From assembly GCA_035703635.1 (NCBI GenBank), contig DASSXV010000044.1:54056-118055 (forward strand): a DNA stretch of 64,000 bases. Direction: 5' to 3'. Positions 17,101 through 25,881 of the stretch are shown here, piece after piece. The notes beneath the pieces are model-generated. The model was given only the letters and a program-made list of their open reading frames with translations. It was not told where the DNA came from and searched no databases. Numbering within the stretch: the first letter of the stretch is position 1; every line of letters begins with the position of its first letter. Source of the stretch: Trueperaceae bacterium. GTDB lineage: Bacteria; Deinococcota; Deinococci; Deinococcales; Trueperaceae. Made by a program: the position numbers and the translations under genes.

Positions 17101-19887
17101 TTAGAAGGAGACGGTGTACTTGATCTGGAAGGCCTGAGCCGACGACTGAGCGCCACCGTTGTCGTTGGTGTAGACACCGTAGGCGAACTGGAGGTCGTAG
17201 TAGTCCCAGATGAGTTCGTAGCCGCTGACGGCCTGCGTGCCGGTACCGTTCATGTCGCCGCCGCTGATGTCAGTGGCGAAGTCGCCAGCGCCACGGGTGT
17301 TCGTGACGTTGTTGATGTTGGTGCCGGTCCAGCTGGCGTACTTGGCGGTGAGCTTGCTGTGGTCGAGGATGAACTCGTTCAGGACGAGGCCAACGCTCCA
17401 CTGCAGTTCGCTCGCCGTGTAGACGGCCGCGTCGGAGTGGCTGGTCGTGCGGTAGTTGACCGCAGCGAGGAGGCCAGGCTTGGTGTAGACGTCGAGCGGC
17501 GTGGTGGAGAGACCAGCGCCCACGCGGAGCGTGGTGGTGTCGTCCGTGCCGGTGTCGGCGTCGTTGACCATGCGGTAGCCAACGTACGGGGTGAGCGAGA
17601 CGATGGAGACGTTGAGCGCGTAGTCGGCGTCAACGAAGAGCGTCGTCTTGCTGAAGTCCGCCTCGGTCTGCGAGTAGCCGGCCGAGATGTTGAGGCCCTT
17701 GATGAGGGCGTTGGCGGCGGCGCCGTCGTGACCGAGGGTCACACCGAAGCCGGTGTCGTAGTTGTTGTCGCGCTCGACATCGGCGCCGGTGAGGGCCACT
17801 GCGGCCTCGTTGGCGTCGACGAAGGTGCGGAGGTTGTCAACGGTCGTGCCGTTGACGGAGGCCTGGTGGTACCAGCCGCCGAGGCTGAAGCCCGCGAACA
17901 GGTCGGCGCTAGCGTCGACACCGAAGCTCATCGCGCTGTCGCCAGCGCGCGTGCTGTAGGAGTCGAAGTACGCGTCGAGGTCGACGATGAACAGGTTCAG
18001 GCTGGCGTCAACACCGAAGCCGGCCTGGTCTTCCGCGAATGGGAAGGCGTTGGCGTCGGCACCGAGGTTGTAGTTGTTGGCGGTCCAGGCGTCGCTGATG
18101 TTGCGGTAGTTGGCGCCCAAGCCGGTGAGGATCGGGAGGCCAGCGGTGTCGACGTCGAGGGTGGCGTAGAGGACGGACTCTGCAGTCGCGCCGCCGGAGC
18201 CGTTGGCCCATTCGAAGCCGAGGTCGAAGATGCTGAGGGCAAGGCTGCCGTCAACGCCCCAGACGGTGACCTGGGCGTTGTCGGCCAGGTAGTCGTCCTT
18301 GTCAGCGGCGTTCTCAGCGTACTGAGCGAAGCTGCCGCCGATGGTGAGGCCCTCGAGGGGGCTGAGCGTGACGCGGAGACCGCGCAGGTAGTCGTCGGGC
18401 GTGTTGGGATCGTCGTACGCCGGGGTGGTGTAGACGGCCGTGATGCCCGGGTTGAGGAAGGAGAGGAAGTCCGGGGCGCCCAAGGTGGCGACGAAGCCAG
18501 GCTCGTCGGTGGCGACGACGTACGGCGTGAAGGCCGTTTCGACGTTCGTGCCGAACGAGAAGGTGAGCGGGTAGGCGCCGATAGGCTCGAAGGTCGTCAT
18601 GAAGCTACGGATCTCGAACCAGTTGAGACCGACGTTCATGGCGTTCGTGACGCCACCAACACGCTGCTGGTCGTCGATGGCGAGTTCAACCACGCCGCTG
18701 AAGCTGTTGAGCTTGTTGGGGCTGCCCTGGCCGTCGAAGCCGAACTTCGTGGCGAAGGAGAGGTTGAGGGTCGCAGTGACGTCACCAGAGGTCTGGGTGA
18801 TGTCGTGACGGTCCTGAGCGACTTCGCCGACTTCCGTCTGGTAGTTCCTGGTGCCGCGACGGTCGCCGTCGAGTTCCGCAGCGCCCGTCGAGAAGACGGA
18901 TGCGCCCATGTTGCGGAGGGAGTTGAGGCCGTAGGCGCGGTCGACATCGAACGGATCGCCGATGACGCGGCCGACGTAGTACTTGGCGGTGATGGTGCCG
19001 GAGATCCCGAGCGGGTTCTCTTCGAGCGCAGTCACGCGATCCTGAAGATCGGCGATGGCGGCGTTCTGGGCAACATCGGAAGCCTCGAGCGCAGAGACGC
19101 GGTCGCGAAGGGCGACTTGGCTGCTGCGGAGGAGGATGACGAACTCGCGGATGTTGGCGATATCGGAGCGGTTACGCTCGATGGCCGAGTTGACGCCCGC
19201 AAGGTCGACGGGGGCGCCAGCATTGCCGCCAACGCTGCCCTTGAGCCCGGCGATATCAGCCTGAACGAGCTGAAGGACGCGGTTCATGGCGGCGATGTCG
19301 TCGGCGTTCTGGCGGCCGAGGGTGTTGGCCTGGTTGGCCAAGCTGTAGGCGGCGTCTGCGCGCGCGGCAGCGGCTTCGGCCTGGGCCTGGGCCGTGTCGA
19401 GGGCGACACGCTGCGAAGCGATCTGGTTCTGCAGATCGCGGAGGACCGCCGGATCGACGCCACCGCCGGCGAGGGCGGCTTCGAGGTCGTCGAGGCGAGC
19501 GGTGTTGGCGGTCACGTCGTCGGAGAGGCCAGCGATGGCGCTCTCGGCGGCGGACAGCCGCACGCCCTGGGCAGCAACATCGGAGGCGAGTTCCTGCACG
19601 GCGTTGCGCAGCGAGTCAACGTCAGCCTGCGTAAGAGCGAGGGCCGAGTTGACGTTGTCGTTGATCACGTCGAGAAGACGGCTGACCACGAGGGCGGCCT
19701 GGTAACGCGTGAAGGCTTCGTTGCCACGGAAAGTGCCGTCGGGGAAACCGATGACGATGCCGAGGTCGGCGATACGGTCGACAGCGTCGCCGGCCCAGTG
19801 GTTCGCCGGGATGTCCGGGAACGAGGACTGAGCTAGGGCGCCGCTGGCGAATGCAGCCGCCAGGAGCGTGATGATTAGTTTCTTCAT
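17101..19887 (-). CDS. slpA: SlpA-type envelope protein (signal peptide, SLH domain, coiled coil, outer-membrane beta-barrel)
   Basis: FPDIPANHWA...GFPDGTFRGNEAFTRYQAA SLH; long heptad stalk; alternating beta-strands; C-terminal Phe (IKYTVSF); strong codon bias. Confidence 0.9.
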   Translation of the reverse strand: MKKLIITLLAAAFASGALAQSSFPDIPANHWAGDAVDRIADLGIVIGFPDGTFRGNEAFTRYQAALVVSRLLDVINDNVNSALALTQADVDSLRNAVQELASDVAAQGVRLSAAESAIAGLSDDVTANTARLDDLEAALAGGGVDPAVLRDLQNQIASQRVALDTAQAQAEAAAARADAAYSLANQANTLGRQNADDIAAMNRVLQLVQADIAGLKGSVGGNAGAPVDLAGVNSAIERNRSDIANIREFVILLRSSQVALRDRVSALEASDVAQNAAIADLQDRVTALEENPLGISGTITAKYYVGRVIGDPFDVDRAYGLNSLRNMGASVFSTGAAELDGDRRGTRNYQTEVGEVAQDRHDITQTSGDVTATLNLSFATKFGFDGQGSPNKLNSFSGVVELAIDDQQRVGGVTNAMNVGLNWFEIRSFMTTFEPIGAYPLTFSFGTNVETAFTPYVVATDEPGFVATLGAPDFLSFLNPGITAVYTTPAYDDPNTPDDYLRGLRVTLSPLEGLTIGGSFAQYAENAADKDDYLADNAQVTVWGVDGSLALSIFDLGFEWANGSGGATAESVLYATLDVDTAGLPILTGLGANYRNISDAWTANNYNLGADANAFPFAEDQAGFGVDASLNLFIVDLDAYFDSYSTRAGDSAMSFGVDASADLFAGFSLGGWYHQASVNGTTVDNLRTFVDANEAAVALTGADVERDNNYDTGFGVTLGHDGAAANALIKGLNISAGYSQTEADFSKTTLFVDADYALNVSIVSLTPYVGYRMVNDADTGTDDTTTLRVGAGLSTTPLDVYTKPGLLAAVNYRTTSHSDAAVYTASELQWSVGLVLNEFILDHSKLTAKYASWTGTNINNVTNTRGAGDFATDISGGDMNGTGTQAVSGYELIWDYYDLQFAYGVYTNDNGGAQSSAQAFQIKYTVSF

Positions 19888-20093
19888 GAATTCTTACCCC
19901 TTGAACTTGGTGAAGTGTTCCTTGCGCAGGTCGCTTCACGAGTCCTAGGCGCTTTAGGCCGGGAGTGTCCGAGTTTCCTCTCCGGTTGGGCGTCTGGTTC
20001 TCGCTTCGCTCACTGGGTTCCTGGGTTTCCTTGGCCGGTTCAAAAGGTAGCACCTCCTTCCAGTGCGGCCACGGACGACACAGGTCCAAGCGG

Positions 20094-20147
20094 ATTAGAC
20101 CACGTGCCGCGACCACATGTCAACCCGGATGAACTCTCAATGAGAGT
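20094..20147 (-). promoter_or_regulatory. slpA promoter with adjacent palindromic operator
   Basis: minus strand TTGACA (20123-20118), 18 bp, TGG-TCTAAT (20099-20094); perfect palindrome ACTCTCA-A-TGAGAGT at 20133-20147. Confidence 0.55.
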
Positions 20148-20266
20148 CAGATTCTCGCTTCGGGACGGGCAAATCGCGCTCATGTTAACCGCGTCACTCA
20201 CGCTATTCTAATGAGACAACGGCGGTTTTGGCCGCTGTGCATGGGCCTCGGTTATCCTCTCGCCAT

Positions 20267-21139
20267 ATGGCTCGAATCACGGTGCCCACTGCAGAAGCCC
20301 TCCTCGATGTCGAGTTGCGCGTCCTAGACCACGGTTTCGTGAGGCTCGTCGACTATCTCGGCGGCGACGCCCGCATAGTTCAGGCCGCGCGCGTTTCCTA
20401 CGGCGACGGAACCAAGTCGGTGCGCGAGGACGGCGCGCTCATCGATTACCTACTCCGCAACCGCCACACCAGCCCGTTCGAGCAGGTGATCCTGACCTTC
20501 CACGTGAAGATGCCCATCTTCGTGGCGCGTCAATGGGTGAGGCACCGGACGGCGCGCCTCAACGAGATCAGCGGGCGCTACTCCGTCATGCGCGACGAGT
20601 TCTACGTCCCGCAACCAAGCGAGGTGCGCTTCCAAGACACCCGCAACAAACAGGGCGGCGATGCCCGCGACGTGCCAGACGAACTCCGCGGCAGGGTCAT
20701 CGAGCTGCTAAGAGCCGGCCAGGAACGGACTTACGGCGAGTACGAGGGCATGCTCGAGGACGACATCGCCCGCGAGTTGGCCCGCGTCAACCTGCCGCTC
20801 AGCCTCTACACCGAGATGTACTGGCAGATCGACTTGAACAACCTCTTTCACTTCCTGAAGCTGCGCCTCGACTGGCATGCGCAGCACGAGATCCGCGTGT
20901 ACGGGGACGCCATGGCGCAGATCGCACGCGCGGTCGCGCCCCTCGCGTACGACGCCTTCGAGGAGCACGAGCTGTACGGCCGCGCCTTCTCGCGCACCGA
21001 GATCGAAGTACTCAAGGGGGCCCTCGACGGAACGCGCCTCGAAGAGGCGCTCGCAGCGAGCGGCCTGAGGGCAACGCGGCGCGCCGACTTCCTCAAGAAA
21101 CTAGGTCCGCTCGCCATCCAGCCGGCCGACGAGGACTGA
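20267..21139 (+). CDS. thyX: FAD-dependent thymidylate synthase
   Basis: AARVSY, HTSPFEQ, PIFVARQWVRHRTARLNEISGRY, LRLDWHAQHEIR. Confidence 0.96.
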   Translation: MARITVPTAEALLDVELRVLDHGFVRLVDYLGGDARIVQAARVSYGDGTKSVREDGALIDYLLRNRHTSPFEQVILTFHVKMPIFVARQWVRHRTARLNEISGRYSVMRDEFYVPQPSEVRFQDTRNKQGGDARDVPDELRGRVIELLRAGQERTYGEYEGMLEDDIARELARVNLPLSLYTEMYWQIDLNNLFHFLKLRLDWHAQHEIRVYGDAMAQIARAVAPLAYDAFEEHELYGRAFSRTEIEVLKGALDGTRLEEALAASGLRATRRADFLKKLGPLAIQPADED

Positions 21140-21148
21140 GCAACGCGC

Positions 21149-21607
21149 ATGCGCTACCGCGTGGTGGCCGTTGGCAAGCTCAAGGAGCGCTTCTACCAGG
21201 AAGCTTGCCTTCACTACCTCAAGCGGCTCGGCCACTTGACTTCTTGCGAGTTCGTGGAGGTGCGCGAGGCCCGCGCGAAGTCGGCCGACGCCGTCAGGGA
21301 GGCGGAGGGCCGGGCGCTCTTGAGTCACGTGCATGGTGCGGTGGTTGCCCTCGACGAGCGTGGGCGCGCGTTCGGCACCACCGCGCTCGCTTGGCATGTG
21401 TCGGAGTTGGAGAACCGCGGGGTAAGCAGCCTCACGCTGCTGATCGGCGGCGCCGAGGGGCACGGGCCGGAGGTTCGCAGCGCAGCGAGTGAGGCGTGGA
21501 GCCTCTCCCCGCTGACCCTCCCTCATGACCTAGCCAGGCTCGTGTTGCTCGAGCAGCTCTACCGCATTGAAACCGTGCGCGCTGGCCACCCCTATCACCG
21601 CGAGTGA
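21149..21607 (+). CDS. rlmH: 23S rRNA (pseudouridine1915-N3)-methyltransferase
   Basis: VGKLKE, LDERG, IGGAEG, SLSPLTLPHDLARLVLLEQLYR...GHPYHRE. Confidence 0.95.
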   Translation: MRYRVVAVGKLKERFYQEACLHYLKRLGHLTSCEFVEVREARAKSADAVREAEGRALLSHVHGAVVALDERGRAFGTTALAWHVSELENRGVSSLTLLIGGAEGHGPEVRSAASEAWSLSPLTLPHDLARLVLLEQLYRIETVRAGHPYHRE

Positions 21608-21630
21608 TCTAGCTCGTTCCTAGCTCGTTG

Positions 21631-22326
21631 TCAGCTGGCGTGCCGACCGGTGGCGGCCATGAGGGCGGCGTGCAGGCTGAGCATGTCGACGATGGCAGTC
21701 GCTGTCGACTCGAGCGGAAATGGCGTCTCGGCTTCGAGGGCGAGGAAGAGGCTGCGTGGGCCGATGACCACGCTTGGCGCCACCCCAGTCGCTTGGCGCG
21801 GGATGCGTTCGCGCGCCCCGCGAGCGCTACTTGCCAGCACCTGATCGGCGGAAACGAGGAGGCGCATCAACACCGTCCGTACGGGCGCGGTGAGGAGCGG
21901 CAGGGCGCCAGCGCTCTCTCGGGCGTACACGCTGATGGCGTCGTTGAACGTTGGGTCTTCTGGGCAATCTAGCCGCTGAGCTCCACTGCGGCCAGCCTCG
22001 AGCCCCTCGAGCACTGCGTGGCGTTTCGCGCTAGCGCGCAGTGAGACTTGCGTGTGGGCCTCTTGCGAGCGGATCACGACGCCCGTTCGCCACGTCGTCA
22101 CGCGCCCGAGCGGTCCGGTCCTGGCATTGAACTGATCGAACGCCACGACTTGCGGTTGACCGGCTCTCGTCAACTCGTGAATGGGTGCCAGGTCGCCAGA
22201 GCCGAGGTCGTAGTGCTCACGTAGCCGCTCTGCCAGTTCGGGTGCTGGCACCATTTCGAACTCTTGGACGACGCTCGTCCAGTCTCGTTCGCGGCGACCT
22301 TCGCGCTTGGGCGTCCAGAATGCCAT
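21631..22326 (-). CDS. hypothetical protein
   Basis: ORF fills the gap; TACACT 5 nt upstream of ATG 22326; no family recognised. Confidence 0.6.
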   Translation of the reverse strand: MAFWTPKREGRRERDWTSVVQEFEMVPAPELAERLREHYDLGSGDLAPIHELTRAGQPQVVAFDQFNARTGPLGRVTTWRTGVVIRSQEAHTQVSLRASAKRHAVLEGLEAGRSGAQRLDCPEDPTFNDAISVYARESAGALPLLTAPVRTVLMRLLVSADQVLASSARGARERIPRQATGVAPSVVIGPRSLFLALEAETPFPLESTATAIVDMLSLHAALMAATGRHAS

Positions 22327-22446
22327 GCGCAAGTGTAATGGCATTGTCCCTGGCTCGGGCCTTGGTTCGGGTCGAATAACGGCACGGGGCCCGGTTCGGC
22401 TTGCCGTTCCGGGCCCACGTCGCTTTTTGGAGTTTGTTGGACTTGG

Positions 22447-22842
22447 TCAGACGTTAAAGCCGAACATGCGCATCTGCTTCTTGCCGTCGTCCGTCATCTT
22501 GGCCGTACTCCAGGGTGGCGACCACACGAAGTCGACGCTTACGGAGTTGACGCCATCGACTTTCATTGCAGCCATCTCGGTGTCGGATTGGATGAGGTCT
22601 TGCACTGGGCAACCCATGCTCGTCAAGGTCATTTCGATGTTCACGTTGCCTTGGGCGTCGATGTCGAGGTCGTATACCAACCCGAGGTCGACGATGTTGA
22701 CGGGTATTTCTGGGTCGTGCACGACCTTTAGCGCTTCTAGCACTTGCTCACGCAAGGCGGAAGTGTCTGGGCCAACGGCGTCTTGTCCGCCTGCGGCTAC
22801 CGCGCCCACTTCAGTGTCGTTCTGGTTCTCGCTGCTCTCCAT
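22447..22842 (-). CDS. metal-sulfur cluster assembly factor (DUF59/SufT/PaaD-like)
   Basis: VHDPEIPVNIVDLGLVY, MTLTSMGCP, VWSPPW. Confidence 0.92.
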   Translation of the reverse strand: MESSENQNDTEVGAVAAGGQDAVGPDTSALREQVLEALKVVHDPEIPVNIVDLGLVYDLDIDAQGNVNIEMTLTSMGCPVQDLIQSDTEMAAMKVDGVNSVSVDFVWSPPWSTAKMTDDGKKQMRMFGFNV

Positions 22843-22931
22843 GCTGGCGAAGTTAGCAGACTCGGGGGCTTAGTGGAGTAGCGCCGCGCGCAGACCGGGC
22901 GCCGCACGCCTCCATGCGGTGAGAGCGGCGG

Positions 22932-23993
22932 TCACCAGTTGACGAAGCGATCGCGGTAAACGACCCACGCGAACGTCAAGGCGGTGAGGGTGCTGACGAG
23001 GCTCGTCCCGCCGTAAGAGACCAGTGGCAGCGTGATGCCAGTGACCGGCGCCACCCCTAGCGTCACTCCTATGTTCACGAGCACCTGAAACCCGATAAGG
23101 ACGACTATGCCCGTAATGAGGAGTTGGTCGCGTTCGAAGGCGCATTCCGCCGCCATGGCGAGCATGCGCCAGAACAGGAGTCCGTATAGGAGCAGCAGCG
23201 CCACCGACGCCACGAACCCGCCTTCCTCCGCGAGTACGGGGAAGATGAAGTCGGTGTGCCGAAACGGAATGAAGCCGAGCTGCGATTGCGTTCCTGCCTT
23301 GTAGCCCTTCCCAAGCAGGCCGCCTGAACCTACGGCGATGGTCGACTGGATGACTTGGTACCCGGTGCCTTGCGGGTCGCGATACGGATCGACGAATGAC
23401 ACGAGGCGCTCAAGTTGGTGCGGCTTGAGATTCGGCAGCAGCACCGTCGGCACCGCTATCCCCACGAGACCGACGATGACGACCAAGTGCCGCCACGGAA
23501 CGCCGCGTACCAGCACGATGCCTGCTGTTATGGCAACTAGTACGAGGGCGCTGCCGAGGTCTGGCTCGATCAGGACGAGGCCGATGGGCGGAAGCGCTAG
23601 GGCGGCAACGCGCAAGTAGTCGACGATGCGCTTTAGCGGCCGCTCGTTGAGGGCTTGTGCCAATACGAGGATGAGGGCTAGCTTGGCCAGCTCGGAAGGC
23701 TGAAACCCTGGCAACGGTCCGAGGTAAAGCCATGACTTGGCGCCGTTCACCTCGGTCCCCATGAAGTAGGTGAGGACCAGGAGCACGAGGCTCGCGCCGT
23801 AGACGTAAGGCGTGAGCCGCAACAGGCGTACTTTCCCTGCCCATACAAGCGCAGCTATGGCAACGGCTGCGGCACCGAGGAACGCTACTTGGCGCATGAA
23901 CTCGTCGCTAGGAGCGGCACTGTTGAGGGTGAACAGCCCGGCGCCCAGGATGAGCAGGGTGATGAAGGGAAGACCGAAGTCTAGTCGTGCCAC
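22932..23993 (-). CDS. rodA: rod shape-determining SEDS glycosyltransferase RodA
   Basis: NGAKSW, FQPSELAK, EPDLG, GYQVIQSTIAVGSGG, HTDFIF...EEGG, TGITLPLVSYGG. Confidence 0.93.
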   Translation of the reverse strand: MARLDFGLPFITLLILGAGLFTLNSAAPSDEFMRQVAFLGAAAVAIAALVWAGKVRLLRLTPYVYGASLVLLVLTYFMGTEVNGAKSWLYLGPLPGFQPSELAKLALILVLAQALNERPLKRIVDYLRVAALALPPIGLVLIEPDLGSALVLVAITAGIVLVRGVPWRHLVVIVGLVGIAVPTVLLPNLKPHQLERLVSFVDPYRDPQGTGYQVIQSTIAVGSGGLLGKGYKAGTQSQLGFIPFRHTDFIFPVLAEEGGFVASVALLLLYGLLFWRMLAMAAECAFERDQLLITGIVVLIGFQVLVNIGVTLGVAPVTGITLPLVSYGGTSLVSTLTALTFAWVVYRDRFVNW

Positions 23994-23998
23994 GCGCG

Positions 23999-25771
23999 TC
24001 AGCCTACCAGCCTGCGGCCGCGGACACCGGAATAGAGCCACCATTCGGCGACGAGTGCGAGCAGGCCGCCGATGACCAGCAGGACGGCCAGCTGCGACGG
24101 CGCGGTCTCCTTCGCTGCGGCGCTCGCCTCTCGACCCTGACCGCTCGCCTGAGTCGTCTGGTCAACGTTCGCCGCCTCGCTCGAGCCGCTGACTAGCGGC
24201 TGGTTCGCGAGGCGACTCTCAGCGGCTGACAGGAGTGAGACGAGTGCGACCGCACCCGTTGAACCGGTCGCTTGACCCGGAACGACACCCGCCGTTGCCG
24301 CCCGAGCTCCGCTCGCCAAGTCGAAGACCCCAGGCTCGAGCGCCGGCCCTGCCCAACCGGGCGCCGTCTCGCCAAGAGCAAGCCGCGGGGTGGCGTCGAT
24401 AGCCGCCACCCAGTTGGCGATGAGGGCCGGGAATGCTGGCCGCAACACCACGTCCGATTGACTGGGGTGGAAGGCGAGCTGCAGTATCGAACCTGTCGGT
24501 GTTCGCCGTAACCGGAGCAGCGGCGTGAGGTCGTCTGCCTTGGCGAGCACTTGCCAGCCGTTGGTTTCCGAGTCCGTCCAGCGCGGCACCTCGGGGTCTA
24601 TGCCAACCAGGGCGTCATTGAGGTCGACGAAGCGCATGAGCGGTTCGACGCGGTCCTGTGTGCGCACCACGTGGTACTCCGGCGCGCGTGCCGGGGGTGG
24701 GAGCAGCAGGTAATTACCTGGCGCCAAGGCGTTGAAAGCCGCCACGGTATCGGGGATGTAACGCGAGACAACCTTGAGGTCGGCTTGAGCCAACCTGGCG
24801 TCCGCGGCACCGAATACAGTTACCCCTGGCGCCGCTTGCAGCGCCCGAAGGAGCGGTTGGTACAGGTCGTCGGTTGCAACCGTTAACGACCTGCGGCCGG
24901 CGAAAGCAACGTCATCGAGGCCAAGAGCGTCGGGCAACGGCGCCAAGATCCGCGCCTCCAGCACGCCGAGTGGGCCATCATCCTCAAGTAGCGGGAAGGT
25001 GACGCTGCCGCTGCCGCCAGCTGGCACCAAGACCGTGCTGCGCGCCAGCTCTCGTCCGCCACTGAACAACCCGACGGTGGCCTGCGCGGGCGAACGGCCG
25101 CTGGCGACCACGGCGATGAACGCCTGGCCGACTCCCACATCAAACGCGCTTATGCCAAGGTTCTCGACCGACTCGCCGACGACGACTACTTCCGTCTGCC
25201 CCAACTCGACAGGTGAGTCTGTTATGACGACCACGTCGGCGTCCGGGAGGAGTCCTTTGCCAAGGTCGACGGCCGCGAGGAGGTCGGCCTGTGAGTCGCC
25301 AGCCCGAAGCGCGTCGAGGGCGGCCAATAGTTCTGCTTGTGGCGCGTCGAGCGGCACGAGCAGCCTCGGCACCACTCCGGCGCGCACCAAAGCGATGCTC
25401 GAGCGACCAGCGAGGTGTTGACGGGCCGTAGCAACAGCAAGACTTAGCCGCGTGCCAGCCGCGGCGTCTACTTCGGCGGCGGCTGCCATGCTTGCAGACC
25501 CATCGATCACGATGATCACACCGTCGTCAGCTGCCGCAGTCAACCTCGGACCAGCCACCCCGACCGAGGCAGCCGCGATGAACATGAGCTGCAGTGCTAG
25601 TAACCAGCTAGGCGAGATGCGCTTGCGACGTGCGCTGTTAGCTTGTGCCCTGCGCCACAAGAAGAGCGCGGCCACGTCACGCTGGCGGCGGCGTGCGCGC
25701 AAGTAATGCAGCGCAACGACGACTGGCAGCAGGGCAAGCAGCCACAACGCTTGGGGCGCAAGAAAGGTCAT
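23999..25771 (-). CDS. BatA/vWA domain membrane protein
   Basis: MTFLAPQALWLL...LHYL BatA N-terminus, MIDAS DGSASM, ITD, C-terminal TM ending EWWL. Confidence 0.82.
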   Translation of the reverse strand: MTFLAPQALWLLALLPVVVALHYLRARRRQRDVAALFLWRRAQANSARRKRISPSWLLALQLMFIAAASVGVAGPRLTAAADDGVIIVIDGSASMAAAAEVDAAAGTRLSLAVATARQHLAGRSSIALVRAGVVPRLLVPLDAPQAELLAALDALRAGDSQADLLAAVDLGKGLLPDADVVVITDSPVELGQTEVVVVGESVENLGISAFDVGVGQAFIAVVASGRSPAQATVGLFSGGRELARSTVLVPAGGSGSVTFPLLEDDGPLGVLEARILAPLPDALGLDDVAFAGRRSLTVATDDLYQPLLRALQAAPGVTVFGAADARLAQADLKVVSRYIPDTVAAFNALAPGNYLLLPPPARAPEYHVVRTQDRVEPLMRFVDLNDALVGIDPEVPRWTDSETNGWQVLAKADDLTPLLRLRRTPTGSILQLAFHPSQSDVVLRPAFPALIANWVAAIDATPRLALGETAPGWAGPALEPGVFDLASGARAATAGVVPGQATGSTGAVALVSLLSAAESRLANQPLVSGSSEAANVDQTTQASGQGREASAAAKETAPSQLAVLLVIGGLLALVAEWWLYSGVRGRRLVG

Positions 25772-25881
25772 CTCGCGCAGTCTAGCCTCTGATTTGGAAC
25801 TCTCTTGCAGTCCCTAGGCGCAAGCCTAGAGTCCGTAGGCGATAGCCGATCTCGTCCAATTAGCGCGGCACCTGCAGCGCA

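Noticed and set aside
17359..19836. 825-aa plus-strand ORF antisense to slpA
   Set aside because: Shadow of the strongly codon-biased slpA; Val/Gly/Glu-rich with no motifs or SD
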